Assembly (NCBI GenBank): GCA_902778895.1
Contig: CACYZF010000010.1
Span: forward strand, 174,482-238,481
Direction of reading: 5' to 3'
Length of the DNA: 64,000 bases
DNA from: an uncultured bacterium
Lineage (GTDB): Bacteria > Verrucomicrobiota > Lentisphaeria > Victivallales > UBA1829
The notes under the pieces are model-generated. The model saw only the letters and a program-made list of their open reading frames with translations, was not told the origin of the DNA and ran no database searches. This document shows positions 32,828-41,958 of this stretch, piece after piece (position 1 is the first letter of the stretch; each line of letters starts with the position of its first letter). Position numbers and translations under genes: made by a program.

Positions 32828-34438
32828 ATGGCTGTCCCTCAAAACCGTTCACCCGTCCCGGCGCACTGGCGGATCCTTTTCGCCACGGCGCTTGTGCTGG
32901 CATTCATGTTCGGCGGACTGCTGTTCGTGCGAAAGGACGCCGTGCCGCCGCGTGACGGCGCGGACAACGCCATGGACGCCCGGCTCCGGTTGCAAACCGC
33001 CGCCGTCGCATTCTCCTCCGGTAAGCTCGCACCGCGCGTGCTGATCCTGACCGACTGGCCGGAATTCTACCAGAAAAAAGACGCCCCGCACCCGGAATTC
33101 CGGTTCTTTCAGGGAAACGGCAAACATGAGGACGAAGCCTCTCCGGAAGTCTATTCCCCTCATGCCGACCTCGTCGTGATCGCACCGGCATCGGTCCCGG
33201 AATTCGGCCTCGGCGGCCCGGGAAATGTTTTCACCCAGTTCCGGAACATTCATTCCTATGATCGCTTTCAACGCACGTTCAGGATGAAGAAACCCGATCC
33301 CGACGCCGGTACGCTGGAACGCGCAGTGAAGAACAACGGAGCGGTTGTATCCAAATTCGACATCGTTCTGCTGGACTGCGCGTTCCCGGACCGTCTCTTC
33401 TCCCGGAAATCCCTGCTCTGGTCCTCCTCGTTCTTCAACATGATGAAAGAGGACGCCATGAACTCCGGCGGGGTCTTCGCGGTCGTCCTGCCGCCGGATC
33501 AGCCTGAGGTTTCCGCCTGCATCCTCGCGTTCCTGCGCCGTTCGTTCGGCAACGCGGGCGCGTTCTGCTTCGGGGACCGCGTGATCCTCGCATCCGGCCT
33601 GAACGCCGAACCGGTCTTCGAGCTGGACAAACTGAGCGCCACGGCGGAACTCGCCGGATACTACGACGGCGGAAGCATCCCGGACAACGCCATCGGGCTG
33701 GTGCTGGAGGAGGATTACTCCGACTCGATCCCCGCCGGGCTGCTGGAAACCGCCCACGATATCGCGATCCCCGGCGTCTTCACATCGTTCCGTGCCGTCT
33801 TCGCCCGCGCGAAGTACGGGGCACAAGTAAAACGGTTCCTGCCGGACGGCTTCCCCGTTCAGACGATCTGCGCCTGGATCCTGGGGATCCTCCTCGCCGT
33901 CTACCCGTTCCTGCGCTACTTCATCTCGTGGAAGCCCGTCCATAAGCAGGCGTTCCGCGCGTTCGAAGACATGTTCTACCTCACGGGCGTGCTCTCGCTG
34001 TTCATGCTGTTCCTCCATGAAAAGATCAGGATCGACGGCATATCGCTGCTGCTGTACCTTGTCATCATGGTATTGCTCTGGTATGACGAAGACTGGAAAT
34101 GGAGCGAGAAATGGATCAAGGCCGTCGTGGAGAACCCCTTCGGGCGCTTCCTCATGTATCTGCTGGCGGCAGTTCTGTTCGGACTCGCGTTCTTCCGGGA
34201 TTTTTCCGATCCGAGGGTCCTCAGCGCGAACGCTTTCTTCGCCGTGTTCTTCGCGGTCTGGCCGCTGCGCGCCCGCATGAAGGAGCCGGTCCAGCCCGGC
34301 CCGGCGATCCCGCTTGCATACGTGATCGGCGTGGCGGCTTCGCTGGCGCTGTTCGCCGTGAGCCTGTGCTTCCCGCTCGGCCCGGTCGTGTTCGCGGCGG
34401 TCGTCTGCGTGTACCGCCTCATCCTGCTGGACTGCTGA
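32828..34438 (+). CDS. Membrane protein with degenerate spermidine-synthase-like domain and ~7 C-terminal TM helices
   Basis: KFDIVLLDCAFP...LWSSSFF...MNSGGVFAV resembles the aminopropyltransferase/SAM fold; no glycine-rich loop. Confidence 0.55.
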   Translation: MAVPQNRSPVPAHWRILFATALVLAFMFGGLLFVRKDAVPPRDGADNAMDARLRLQTAAVAFSSGKLAPRVLILTDWPEFYQKKDAPHPEFRFFQGNGKHEDEASPEVYSPHADLVVIAPASVPEFGLGGPGNVFTQFRNIHSYDRFQRTFRMKKPDPDAGTLERAVKNNGAVVSKFDIVLLDCAFPDRLFSRKSLLWSSSFFNMMKEDAMNSGGVFAVVLPPDQPEVSACILAFLRRSFGNAGAFCFGDRVILASGLNAEPVFELDKLSATAELAGYYDGGSIPDNAIGLVLEEDYSDSIPAGLLETAHDIAIPGVFTSFRAVFARAKYGAQVKRFLPDGFPVQTICAWILGILLAVYPFLRYFISWKPVHKQAFRAFEDMFYLTGVLSLFMLFLHEKIRIDGISLLLYLVIMVLLWYDEDWKWSEKWIKAVVENPFGRFLMYLLAAVLFGLAFFRDFSDPRVLSANAFFAVFFAVWPLRARMKEPVQPGPAIPLAYVIGVAASLALFAVSLCFPLGPVVFAAVVCVYRLILLDC

Positions 34439-34445
34439 ACGACCT

Positions 34446-35069
34446 CTACTTGCGCCCGGCGGCGCACAGCCAGCGGTGTTCCGGCTCGAGCTCGACCGTC
34501 ACGTCGGCAAATCCCGCCTCGGTCATCAGTCCGCGCAGCTCGTCCAAGTCTGGGCAGCGCATCTTCAGATGCTCCACGATCGCACGCTGGCGTTCGTTCA
34601 TCATGCCGCCGACCATCTCCAGCGCGGTCATGAACCACCCGCCCGGCGCGAGCACGCGCCGAATCTCCTTCAATCCGGCGATCTGGTCCGGCCAGAAATA
34701 CAGGCTCTCGACCGAAAACACCGTGTCAAATTCACCATCCCCGAACGGCAGGTCCGGCACGCCGCACAGGAGAAACCGCATCCGCCCGGACTTTACCAGC
34801 GCTTCGTTCAGCGCCGTCGCCGTCTCGACCGCGAGGGGGGAGATATCGCATCCGGTCAGCACGGCCTCCGGGCATCGCTCCGCCAGTTCGCGCAGCGCCG
34901 CACCCGCGCCGCACCCCACGTCCAGCACGGACCGGCCGACGGGGATATGCGCGAAACCCCACGCCCGAAGCGGGCCGTGTTCGCGGTTCATGCGGAGGAT
35001 CATGTCGCGGCCCGCGGCGCCCGCGGGGCATCCTGCCGTTTCGACGTTCGAAAAATCCGGTTCGGTCAT
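34446..35069 (-). CDS. Class I SAM-dependent methyltransferase
   Basis: VLDVGCGAG, GCDIS, LPFGDGEFDTV, ESLYFWPD, EIRRVLAPGG. Confidence 0.9.
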   Translation of the reverse strand: MTEPDFSNVETAGCPAGAAGRDMILRMNREHGPLRAWGFAHIPVGRSVLDVGCGAGAALRELAERCPEAVLTGCDISPLAVETATALNEALVKSGRMRFLLCGVPDLPFGDGEFDTVFSVESLYFWPDQIAGLKEIRRVLAPGGWFMTALEMVGGMMNERQRAIVEHLKMRCPDLDELRGLMTEAGFADVTVELEPEHRWLCAAGRK

Positions 35070-35273
35070 ATCGTACGGTCCTTGTCGGTTGAATTTGAGT
35101 TCGGAGAGCAAATAAGATAGAACCTGACGGTGCGGAATTCAAGAGCGGAAGCGGAAAAAACGTGTTTTTGGCGTGTTTTTTCGGAATCGCGTTTGAAAAT
35201 GCCGGAATTTGTGCTATCTTTTATGGATATATTTTTGTACGCGAACCAAATCCAACAATCATGGAGAACCACA

Positions 35274-35381
35274 ATGGGAAGACAGTATAACAAGCACGAG
35301 AAACAGGCCCGCCGCAAACAGTACCTCAAGCGCGTCAAACTCCGCGTCAAAGAGGCGATCAAGGCCGCCAAGAAGAAATAA
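35274..35381 (+). CDS. Small basic protein, 35 aa (MGRQYNKHEKQARRKQYLKRVKLRVKEAIKAAKKK)
   Basis: RBS GGAG, upstream TTGAAA..TATCTT promoter-like site, codon usage like highly expressed genes, directly upstream of lpxA. Confidence 0.7.
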   Translation: MGRQYNKHEKQARRKQYLKRVKLRVKEAIKAAKKK

Positions 35382-35413
35382 TCCGAGTTCAATTTCCAAC
35401 CGGATGACCTGAC

Positions 35414-36214
35414 ATGGCGCAGATCCACCAGACCGCCATCATCGGAAACGACGTCGAGCTTGCCGACTCCGTTTTCGTCGGCCCGTACTGCATCATCGAA
35501 GACCACGTGAAGATCGGCGAGAATACCCGCCTGATCGCGCAGTGCCACATCTACTCGAACACCACCATCGGCGCGGGCAACACCATTTTCCCGTTCGCCT
35601 CGCTCGGCGGCGCGCCCAACGACATCAGCTACGACCCGTCCCAGGGTGATTCCTTCACCCGGATCGGCGACGACAACATCATCCGCGAGGGCGTGTCCAT
35701 TCACCGCGGCGCGCATCCCGGCACGGAGACGGTCGTCGGAAGCCACGGCTTCTTCATGGGCAACGCCCACATGGCGCACAACACCGTGATCGGAGACCAC
35801 GTCATCATGGCGCTCGGCGCGCTTGCCGCGGGCTACGTCCAGATCGGCGACCGCGCATTCATCTCCGGCAACGTCTGCATCCACCAGTTCGTCCGCGTGG
35901 GACGCTACGCCATGATCTCCGGCGGTTCCGCCATTTCCATGGACCTGCCGCCCTTCATGATCGGCGACGGCCGCAACGGCGGCGTCCGCAGCTTCAACAA
36001 GGTCGCCCTGGAGCGCGCCGGATACTCCAAGGAGGACATCCGCACGATCCACAAGATGTACGACATCGCGTTCCGCCGCGGCCTCAACATGAAGAACGCG
36101 CTGGAAGAAATCGAAACCACCCTGCCCCAGATTCCGGAAGTCAAGGAATTCGTCGAATTCGTGCGCTCCGCGAAACGGGGCGTCCTGAGCGGGGGCAGCA
36201 CCCGCCGCGCATAA
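35414..36214 (+). CDS. lpxA: UDP-N-acetylglucosamine O-acyltransferase
   Basis: IHQTAII, hexapeptide repeats, IGDDNIIREGVSIHRG, AHMAHN, IHQFVRVG, DLPPF. Confidence 0.93.
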   Translation: MAQIHQTAIIGNDVELADSVFVGPYCIIEDHVKIGENTRLIAQCHIYSNTTIGAGNTIFPFASLGGAPNDISYDPSQGDSFTRIGDDNIIREGVSIHRGAHPGTETVVGSHGFFMGNAHMAHNTVIGDHVIMALGALAAGYVQIGDRAFISGNVCIHQFVRVGRYAMISGGSAISMDLPPFMIGDGRNGGVRSFNKVALERAGYSKEDIRTIHKMYDIAFRRGLNMKNALEEIETTLPQIPEVKEFVEFVRSAKRGVLSGGSTRRA

Positions 36215-36404
36215 ATCAATCGAACGTCCGGCGGGCTTTCCCCGCCGCCGACGCGAAAGAAACGGCACGTATCGCAAATCTGTGATGCGTGCCGCGACTG
36301 TTTTTAAATCCCGGAAATGTACAGCTTCCGACTTGTAAAATTAGGAAGAGTGTAGTATATTCTGACTACAAACAGGAACCAACGATCAGAAAGGCTTCAC
36401 GATC

Positions 36405-38063
36405 GTGAAAAATAAAGCGGACAATCAGGTAAAATCTCCGGCGGAGGACAGCGCGCCGCGCGACTCGCTCATCGACAGGATCAGGCCGTTCATTCTGGTC
36501 TTTCTGCTGGTGCTCCTGCCCATCGCGCTGTTTCACGCGTTCAAGGAGTACATGTACGTCTGCCGGATTCCGGCGGGGACCAAGGTCGTCGACAAGTCCA
36601 TGGTCCGTCAGCGTTCGCGTCTGGGGGAATACCTTTACAGTTCGGGGTTCATCAAAAAATGGAACTGCGAATGGATCGTCCCGTATCTTGATTATCGGCA
36701 TTATGTCATCCCGGACGGCGTGGAGGAGATCAGAGACGGGGCGTTTTTTCAATGCGATAATCTCCGCAGCGTCCGTATCTCCGGTAGCGTGAAGAGGATC
36801 GGCTTCGAGGCGTTCTCATCGTGCTACAAGCTGGAGGAGATCGTCATCCCGGGCAGCGTGAAGACGATCGGCAACAGAGCGTTCTCAAGTAATCCCGGCC
36901 TGAGGGCGATCGTCATCCGGGACGGCGTGGAGACGATCGGTCCCGGCGCATTCTCGATCTGCGTGAACCTGACCTCCGTCCGCATCCCGGACAGCGTTCG
37001 GGAGATCGGGAAAACGGCGTTCCAGGATGACAGAGCCCTGCGTCATGTGGACATTTCCGACAAGGTGCAAAAGATCGAAGATGGAGCGTTCAGCGACTGC
37101 ACCGCCCTGAAGGAAATACGGCTCCCCGCCGGGATCGCCGGAACGGGACCGGGCTTGGGCAATAGGGTGTTCACAAGATGCACCGCCCTGCAGAAAGTCA
37201 CGCTCCCGGAGGGCATCCGTGCGATCGGGGAATCGGCATTTCAGGATTGTTCCGCCCTGTGCGAAATCAACATCCCGGACAGCGTGACCTCGATCGGCCC
37301 GCTCGCGTTCCAGGGCTGCAGCAGCCTGCCGCCCGTTACGCTCGGCAAACAGGTCACGGACATCGGCGGCGGAGCGTTCGCCGGGACCGGCTGCCGCCTC
37401 ACTGTGCCGGACGACCACCCGACGATCCGGCTCGAGGACGGGATTCTTTATTCAAAGGACCATTCCGAGCTCATTTCCTGCGTTTCCGTGCCGGACGGCC
37501 CGTGCATTGTGGCTCCGGGGACGTCGATCATCCGGCAGGGCGCGTTTTACGGCTGCAAGAACCTGACGGAAATCCGTCTGCCGGAGGGGCTGGAGACCAT
37601 TCCCGACAACGCGTTCCGGTACTGCACCGGGCTGAAGCGCATCAAACTGCCGGACTCCCTGAAAAAAATCGGCTACAGGGCGTTTTACGCCTGCTTCGAG
37701 CTGGAGGAGATCGCGATCCCGCCGAACGTGACGGAAGTAGGGGATGGCGCGTTCATCGAGTGCAGAAGCCTGAAACGCGCCTCGCTTTCGGCGAAAATGG
37801 GCAGGATCCCGAAGGAAATGTTCTCCCACTGCCGAAGCATGACGGAGGTCGTGATCCCGGAGGGCATCACAAAGATCGATGATTTAGCGTTTGGACACTG
37901 CGCCGCTTTGAAACACGTTGCATTCCCGGACAGCCTGGAAACCATCTCCCCGGGCGCTTTCCCTTATCCGAACTTTCTCAATTCCCTGGATCAGGAAACC
38001 AAGGAACGGATCGATCAACTGACCCCGAAGCCGCCTCCGGGTACTCGGCGCATGCGGGAATGA
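36405..38063 (+). CDS. BspA-type leucine-rich repeat (LRR_5) membrane-anchored protein
   Basis: N-terminal TM; many IPxSVxxIGxxAFxxCxxL repeats; DGILYSKD insert. Confidence 0.92.
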   Translation: MKNKADNQVKSPAEDSAPRDSLIDRIRPFILVFLLVLLPIALFHAFKEYMYVCRIPAGTKVVDKSMVRQRSRLGEYLYSSGFIKKWNCEWIVPYLDYRHYVIPDGVEEIRDGAFFQCDNLRSVRISGSVKRIGFEAFSSCYKLEEIVIPGSVKTIGNRAFSSNPGLRAIVIRDGVETIGPGAFSICVNLTSVRIPDSVREIGKTAFQDDRALRHVDISDKVQKIEDGAFSDCTALKEIRLPAGIAGTGPGLGNRVFTRCTALQKVTLPEGIRAIGESAFQDCSALCEINIPDSVTSIGPLAFQGCSSLPPVTLGKQVTDIGGGAFAGTGCRLTVPDDHPTIRLEDGILYSKDHSELISCVSVPDGPCIVAPGTSIIRQGAFYGCKNLTEIRLPEGLETIPDNAFRYCTGLKRIKLPDSLKKIGYRAFYACFELEEIAIPPNVTEVGDGAFIECRSLKRASLSAKMGRIPKEMFSHCRSMTEVVIPEGITKIDDLAFGHCAALKHVAFPDSLETISPGAFPYPNFLNSLDQETKERIDQLTPKPPPGTRRMRE

Positions 38064-38088
38064 GCGGTATCCACCTTCCCTGCCGTAC

Positions 38089-39057
38089 TCATTCAAATAT
38101 AGCGGGGAACATGGCGATAAACAGCATGATCAGCAAAGCGGAGTAAATGAAGCAGGGGATGAGATAGATCATGCTGATATTACGGACGATCCTGAACCCG
38201 TGCGTCCTGCGGAAATCGGGCGCATAAAGTGCCGCCAGCGTAATAATGAACCACAAAATCTCAAGGAACGGATAGAAGATAAAGAAGACTACCTGACCGG
38301 CCGTTCTGTCGGCGATGCTGGCCAAAAAAACAATTCCCCATCGGACCACAAGTTCATGGAGAAGAATCAGGACGATCATAGCCTTCAGCGTCTGCCGTAT
38401 GGACTGGTTCCGGAGCGGCCATCTCCGGACACGATGCCGGAGTCTCAGCAGGGCGACAATGGAATAAATGCCGAAGAGGCTGAAAAAGCCGTACAGGATA
38501 TAAACCGGCGCCTCGATCCCGTCTTTTCTCGGCTCCGTCGCCATATCCTCGACGGCGCCTTTCAGACATTCCGTTTTCATCTCCCGGATGGTATCCTCGT
38601 CTCCCCGTTCCAGCATCGCCTCCAGTTTGTCCATGTCCAGCCCGGTTCCCAACGTCATGTTCTGCCGTTCGTTCCCCGTTCTGATCCATTCCAGGGCTTT
38701 TTCCTTGCTTGCCTCGACGCCGTCGCCGGTCGCATAGCGGAGCGCGAGCACATACGGCGCGTCTTCATGTCTCTGGTCGGCGGCTATGCGGAACCATTTC
38801 ATGGATTCCGCATCGTTTTTCCCGACGCCGTCGTCCTGCCAATAGCAGACGCCGAGGTTGAACTGAGCCACCCGGGATTCGTATGGATCGCTGCTTTTCG
38901 CGGCTTTGGCGAAGTATTTCACCGCCGCCCGATAGTCTTTCTCCCTGTAGGCGGCCCGCCCTTTTTCCAGATCGCTCTTGCATCCGGTGAAAAAAGCCAC
39001 GCTCAAACAAACGGCGGCGAGGAGAAAAAACAATCCGCGGACGATTCGTGACGACAT
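38089..39057 (-). CDS. Sel1-repeat lipoprotein with C-terminal TM helices
   Basis: Lipobox FFTGC; AQFNLGVCYWQDDGV, WFRIAADQ, LALRYATGDGV; four hydrophobic segments at the C-terminus. Confidence 0.8.
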   Translation of the reverse strand: MSSRIVRGLFFLLAAVCLSVAFFTGCKSDLEKGRAAYREKDYRAAVKYFAKAAKSSDPYESRVAQFNLGVCYWQDDGVGKNDAESMKWFRIAADQRHEDAPYVLALRYATGDGVEASKEKALEWIRTGNERQNMTLGTGLDMDKLEAMLERGDEDTIREMKTECLKGAVEDMATEPRKDGIEAPVYILYGFFSLFGIYSIVALLRLRHRVRRWPLRNQSIRQTLKAMIVLILLHELVVRWGIVFLASIADRTAGQVVFFIFYPFLEILWFIITLAALYAPDFRRTHGFRIVRNISMIYLIPCFIYSALLIMLFIAMFPAIFE

Positions 39058-39168
39058 GGTTCGATTCCTTTTGGGTATAGCTGAAAGATGGAAGGATCCG
39101 TGAGGTTATAAGAATAATACACCCGTTTACGCAAAAATGCAAGCGAAAAAGAGAAAACGGCGCAAAAC

Positions 39169-39204
39169 AGGTCTTATAGGACATATAGGACTTATAGGTC
39201 TTAT
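39169..39204. repeat. Four tandem 9-bp units AGGWCWTAT
   Basis: AGGTCTTAT AGGACATAT AGGACTTAT AGGTCTTAT. Confidence 0.8.
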
Positions 39205-39226
39205 GTTCTTGAAAAATTGAAGAAGC

Positions 39227-39889
39227 TCAGAACTGGAATTCGCCCTGGACGGTGTCGGGCGGGTTCAGGATGGAGCGGACGGGCTCGAACGTCTTCCGGT
39301 GGAGCGGGCACGGGCCGTATTTGCGGATGAGGTCCGTGTGGAGTCTGGTGCAGTAGCCCTTGTGGACCTCGAACCGATACTGCGGATACTGTTTCGCCGC
39401 CTCGAACATGAAGAGGTCGCGGGAGGTCTTGGCGAGGATGCTCGCGGCGGCGATGCTGGCGGACTTCGCGTCGCCCTTCACGATGTTTTCCGAGGGGACG
39501 GGCAGTCCCTGCACCGGATTGCCGTCGACGAGCACGAAATCGGCGGGACGCGGCAGCCCCAGGACGGCGCGGCGCATGGCAAGCCAGGTGGCGCGCAGGA
39601 TGTCCGTGCGGTCGATCTCGTCCTGATCGACCATGGCGACCGCCGTGAGCGCGGAGGGTTCGGCGAGGATCGCCTCGCGCAGCTCCATGCGCTGTTTGTG
39701 CGTGAGCTGCTTGGAGTCGTTGACTCCGGCGGGGATGCGGCTCCGGTCAGTGAAAATGACCGCCGCGGCGCAGACCGGTCCGGCGCAGCAGCCGCGCCCG
39801 GCCTCGTCGACCCCGGCGATAAAAGAAAACTCCCCGTCCCACTTGAGCTCGTGGACGAGGAGTTCGGAATTTCCGGGAAGATAATCCAT
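39227..39889 (-). CDS. rnhB: Ribonuclease HII
   Basis: AGVDEAGRG, NDSKQL, LVDGN, KGDAKSASIAAASILAK, HKGY, HRKTF. Confidence 0.97.
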   Translation of the reverse strand: MDYLPGNSELLVHELKWDGEFSFIAGVDEAGRGCCAGPVCAAAVIFTDRSRIPAGVNDSKQLTHKQRMELREAILAEPSALTAVAMVDQDEIDRTDILRATWLAMRRAVLGLPRPADFVLVDGNPVQGLPVPSENIVKGDAKSASIAAASILAKTSRDLFMFEAAKQYPQYRFEVHKGYCTRLHTDLIRKYGPCPLHRKTFEPVRSILNPPDTVQGEFQF

Positions 39890-39895
39890 GCAGGA

Positions 39896-40273
39896 TTACT
39901 TCGCGGCTTCGGCGGACGCCGCGGGTCCGAAGTACTTTTTCTCTTTGACGCGGGCGGCTTTGCCGATCTTCTCGCGCAGGTAGTAGAGTTTCGCGCGGCG
40001 GACATGGCCGTGACGCTCCACGGTGATCGCGTCGATGCGCGGGCTGTGGATCGGGAACACGCGTTCCACGCCGTAGCCGTTCTGGAAGCGGCGGACGGTG
40101 AACGTTTCGCGGATGCCGGAATTCTTGCGGGCGATGACGACGCCGGTGAAATTCTGGATGCGTTCGGTGGTGCCTTCAATGATCTTGGTGGAAACCTTGA
40201 CGGTGTCCCCGATATTGAAGTCAGGCACAGAAGCCTTGCACTGCGCCTTTTCGATCTTGTCAATGATGCTCAT
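39896..40273 (-). CDS. rplS: 50S ribosomal protein L19
   Basis: [43 protein letters not shown]; RBS GGAGGT. Confidence 0.98.
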   Translation of the reverse strand: MSIIDKIEKAQCKASVPDFNIGDTVKVSTKIIEGTTERIQNFTGVVIARKNSGIRETFTVRRFQNGYGVERVFPIHSPRIDAITVERHGHVRRAKLYYLREKIGKAARVKEKKYFGPAASAEAAK

Positions 40274-40291
40274 GGTTGTTACCTCCATATG

Positions 40292-40975
40292 TTAATTTTT
40301 GTCGTTGATCAGGTCCGGACGGACAAGCAGCGTCGTGTTCGTGGATTCGGCGCGGCGCCACTGTCCGATTCTGGCATGATCGCCGGACAGAAGCACGTCC
40401 GGGACTCTCATGCCTTGAAATTCGACGGGCTGGGTGTACTGCGGATACTCGAGCAGGCCGTTCTCGAACGACTCCTGCACGGCGGATTCATCGTCGCCGA
40501 GCACGCCCGGCAGCAGCCGGACGATCGCGTCGGCCATGACCATGGCCGCCAGGTTGCCGTTCGTGAGGATGTAGTCCCCGATGGACAGCTCCATGTCGAC
40601 CAGCAGGTCGCGGACGCGCTGATCGACGCCTTCGTAGTGTCCGCAGATGAAGATCAGGTGCTGTTCGCCGGAGAGCGCGTGGGCCGTCTTCTGCGTGAAG
40701 CGCCCGCCCGCGGGTCCGGTCAGGATGACCTTCGTCCCGTCCTGTTTCAAAGAACTCACCGCTTCGAAAAGCGGTTCCACTTTCATCAGCATCCCGGGTC
40801 CGCCGCCGAACGGTTTGTCGTCGACGGTCTTTCTCCGGTCGTGCGTAAAATCGCGCAGGTCGATCGCACGGATCTCGACCTTGTTTTCCCGCATGGCCCG
40901 GCCGGTGATGCTGCTCGCCAGCGGGCCGAAGAATATCTCGGGAAACAGTGTGATGATGTCGATCCGCAGCGCCAC
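40292..40975 (-). CDS. trmD: tRNA (guanine37-N1)-methyltransferase
   Basis: IITLFPE, VDDKPFGGGPGM, CGHYEGVDQR, SIGDYILTNG, LLEYPQYT, LLSGDHA; probable GTG start. Confidence 0.97.
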   Translation of the reverse strand: MALRIDIITLFPEIFFGPLASSITGRAMRENKVEIRAIDLRDFTHDRRKTVDDKPFGGGPGMLMKVEPLFEAVSSLKQDGTKVILTGPAGGRFTQKTAHALSGEQHLIFICGHYEGVDQRVRDLLVDMELSIGDYILTNGNLAAMVMADAIVRLLPGVLGDDESAVQESFENGLLEYPQYTQPVEFQGMRVPDVLLSGDHARIGQWRRAESTNTTLLVRPDLINDKN

Positions 40976-40976
40976 G

Positions 40977-41342
40977 TCAGGCTCCTGCCGCCTCGACCTC
41001 ATCGTCCAGGACCTCGACGCTCACGCGGCCTTTCGTGCGTCCGGCTGCGCCGGAGACGAGAGCGCGAAGCGCCATGATCGTTTTACCGCTTTTGCCGATG
41101 ATCTTGCCCCGGTCGCCCGGACGGCACGTGATCTGGATCACGTTTCCGTTCTCGGCGGAAGCCGTGCGGACCTTCACTTCGTCGGGGTAGTCCACGAGCT
41201 TCTTCGAGATGTACAGCACGAAATCTTCGAGGTTCTGCTGCGAAGACGGATCGGCGGTCGTTCTGGCTGCCGGCGCGGAGGGTTTGGCTTCCGCCTCTTC
41301 CTTGCTGCCGAACAGTTTGCCGAAAATATCAAAAATAGACAC
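40977..41342 (-). CDS. khpA: KH-domain RNA-binding protein KhpA with N-terminal extension
   Basis: LVDYPDEV, DRGKIIGKSGKTIMALR; position downstream of rpsP; probable GTG start. Confidence 0.88.
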   Translation of the reverse strand: MSIFDIFGKLFGSKEEAEAKPSAPAARTTADPSSQQNLEDFVLYISKKLVDYPDEVKVRTASAENGNVIQITCRPGDRGKIIGKSGKTIMALRALVSGAAGRTKGRVSVEVLDDEVEAAGA

Positions 41343-41378
41343 GGCCAGTCTCCCGTATTGCACGGGCGGAGGTCAGAC

Positions 41379-41684
41379 TTACGCCTTTTCCTCGCCCTTC
41401 TTGAACGTCTTCTTCTTCGTGTAGGGATCGGGCTGACCGTACTGCTTGGACTTGCCGGCTTTCGCGCGGTCGTAGATGTCCTTCACGGTCTCGCTCATGA
41501 TCGCGCCGTTGCCGACCCAGTATTCGAGGCGGGCGACGTCGAGTTTCTCATCGCTGCGGCGGGGATCGTAGTAGCCAAGTTCTTCCAGCATGCGGCCGTC
41601 GCGCTGCGCACGGATGTCGCAGACAACGATACGGAAGCTGATCCAGTTCTTTCCGCCAGTTCGTTTCAGTCTGATCTTTACCAT
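41379..41684 (-). CDS. rpsP: 30S ribosomal protein S16
   Basis: MVKIRLKRTG, FRIVV.D.R..RDG..LEELGYYDP, YWVGNGA. Confidence 0.98.
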   Translation of the reverse strand: MVKIRLKRTGGKNWISFRIVVCDIRAQRDGRMLEELGYYDPRRSDEKLDVARLEYWVGNGAIMSETVKDIYDRAKAGKSKQYGQPDPYTKKKTFKKGEEKA

Positions 41685-41893
41685 AACGGTTTTTCCTTTG
41701 TCTTTACCAGTGGGTTCGACTGCGTCGTTCGACGCTCACGCTTTGTTCGCTTACCGCACTGCGCGTGACTCAGTGCGATATAAAAGTCAATTAATATACA
41801 GCCTCTTCCCGCTTTTTTCAAATCATTTTCCCCATTTCTTTCAGCCTTTTTTGCGATTTTCCGCGTTCCAACGGCATCAAGCCGTCAGAACCA

Positions 41894-41940
41894 GGAGGAC
41901 AAGTCCTCCACTGATGCAGTGTCCGGCTACGCTCGGACAC
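41894..41940 (-). repeat. Repeat family 2 element (3' of the chromate transporter pair)
   Basis: Reverse complement GTGTCCG-AGCGTAGC-CGGACAC TGCATCA GTGGAGGACTTGTCCTCC; last 18 nt identical to 57501-57518. Confidence 0.82.
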
Positions 41941-41958
41941 GGGGCTGTTACAGCATCT

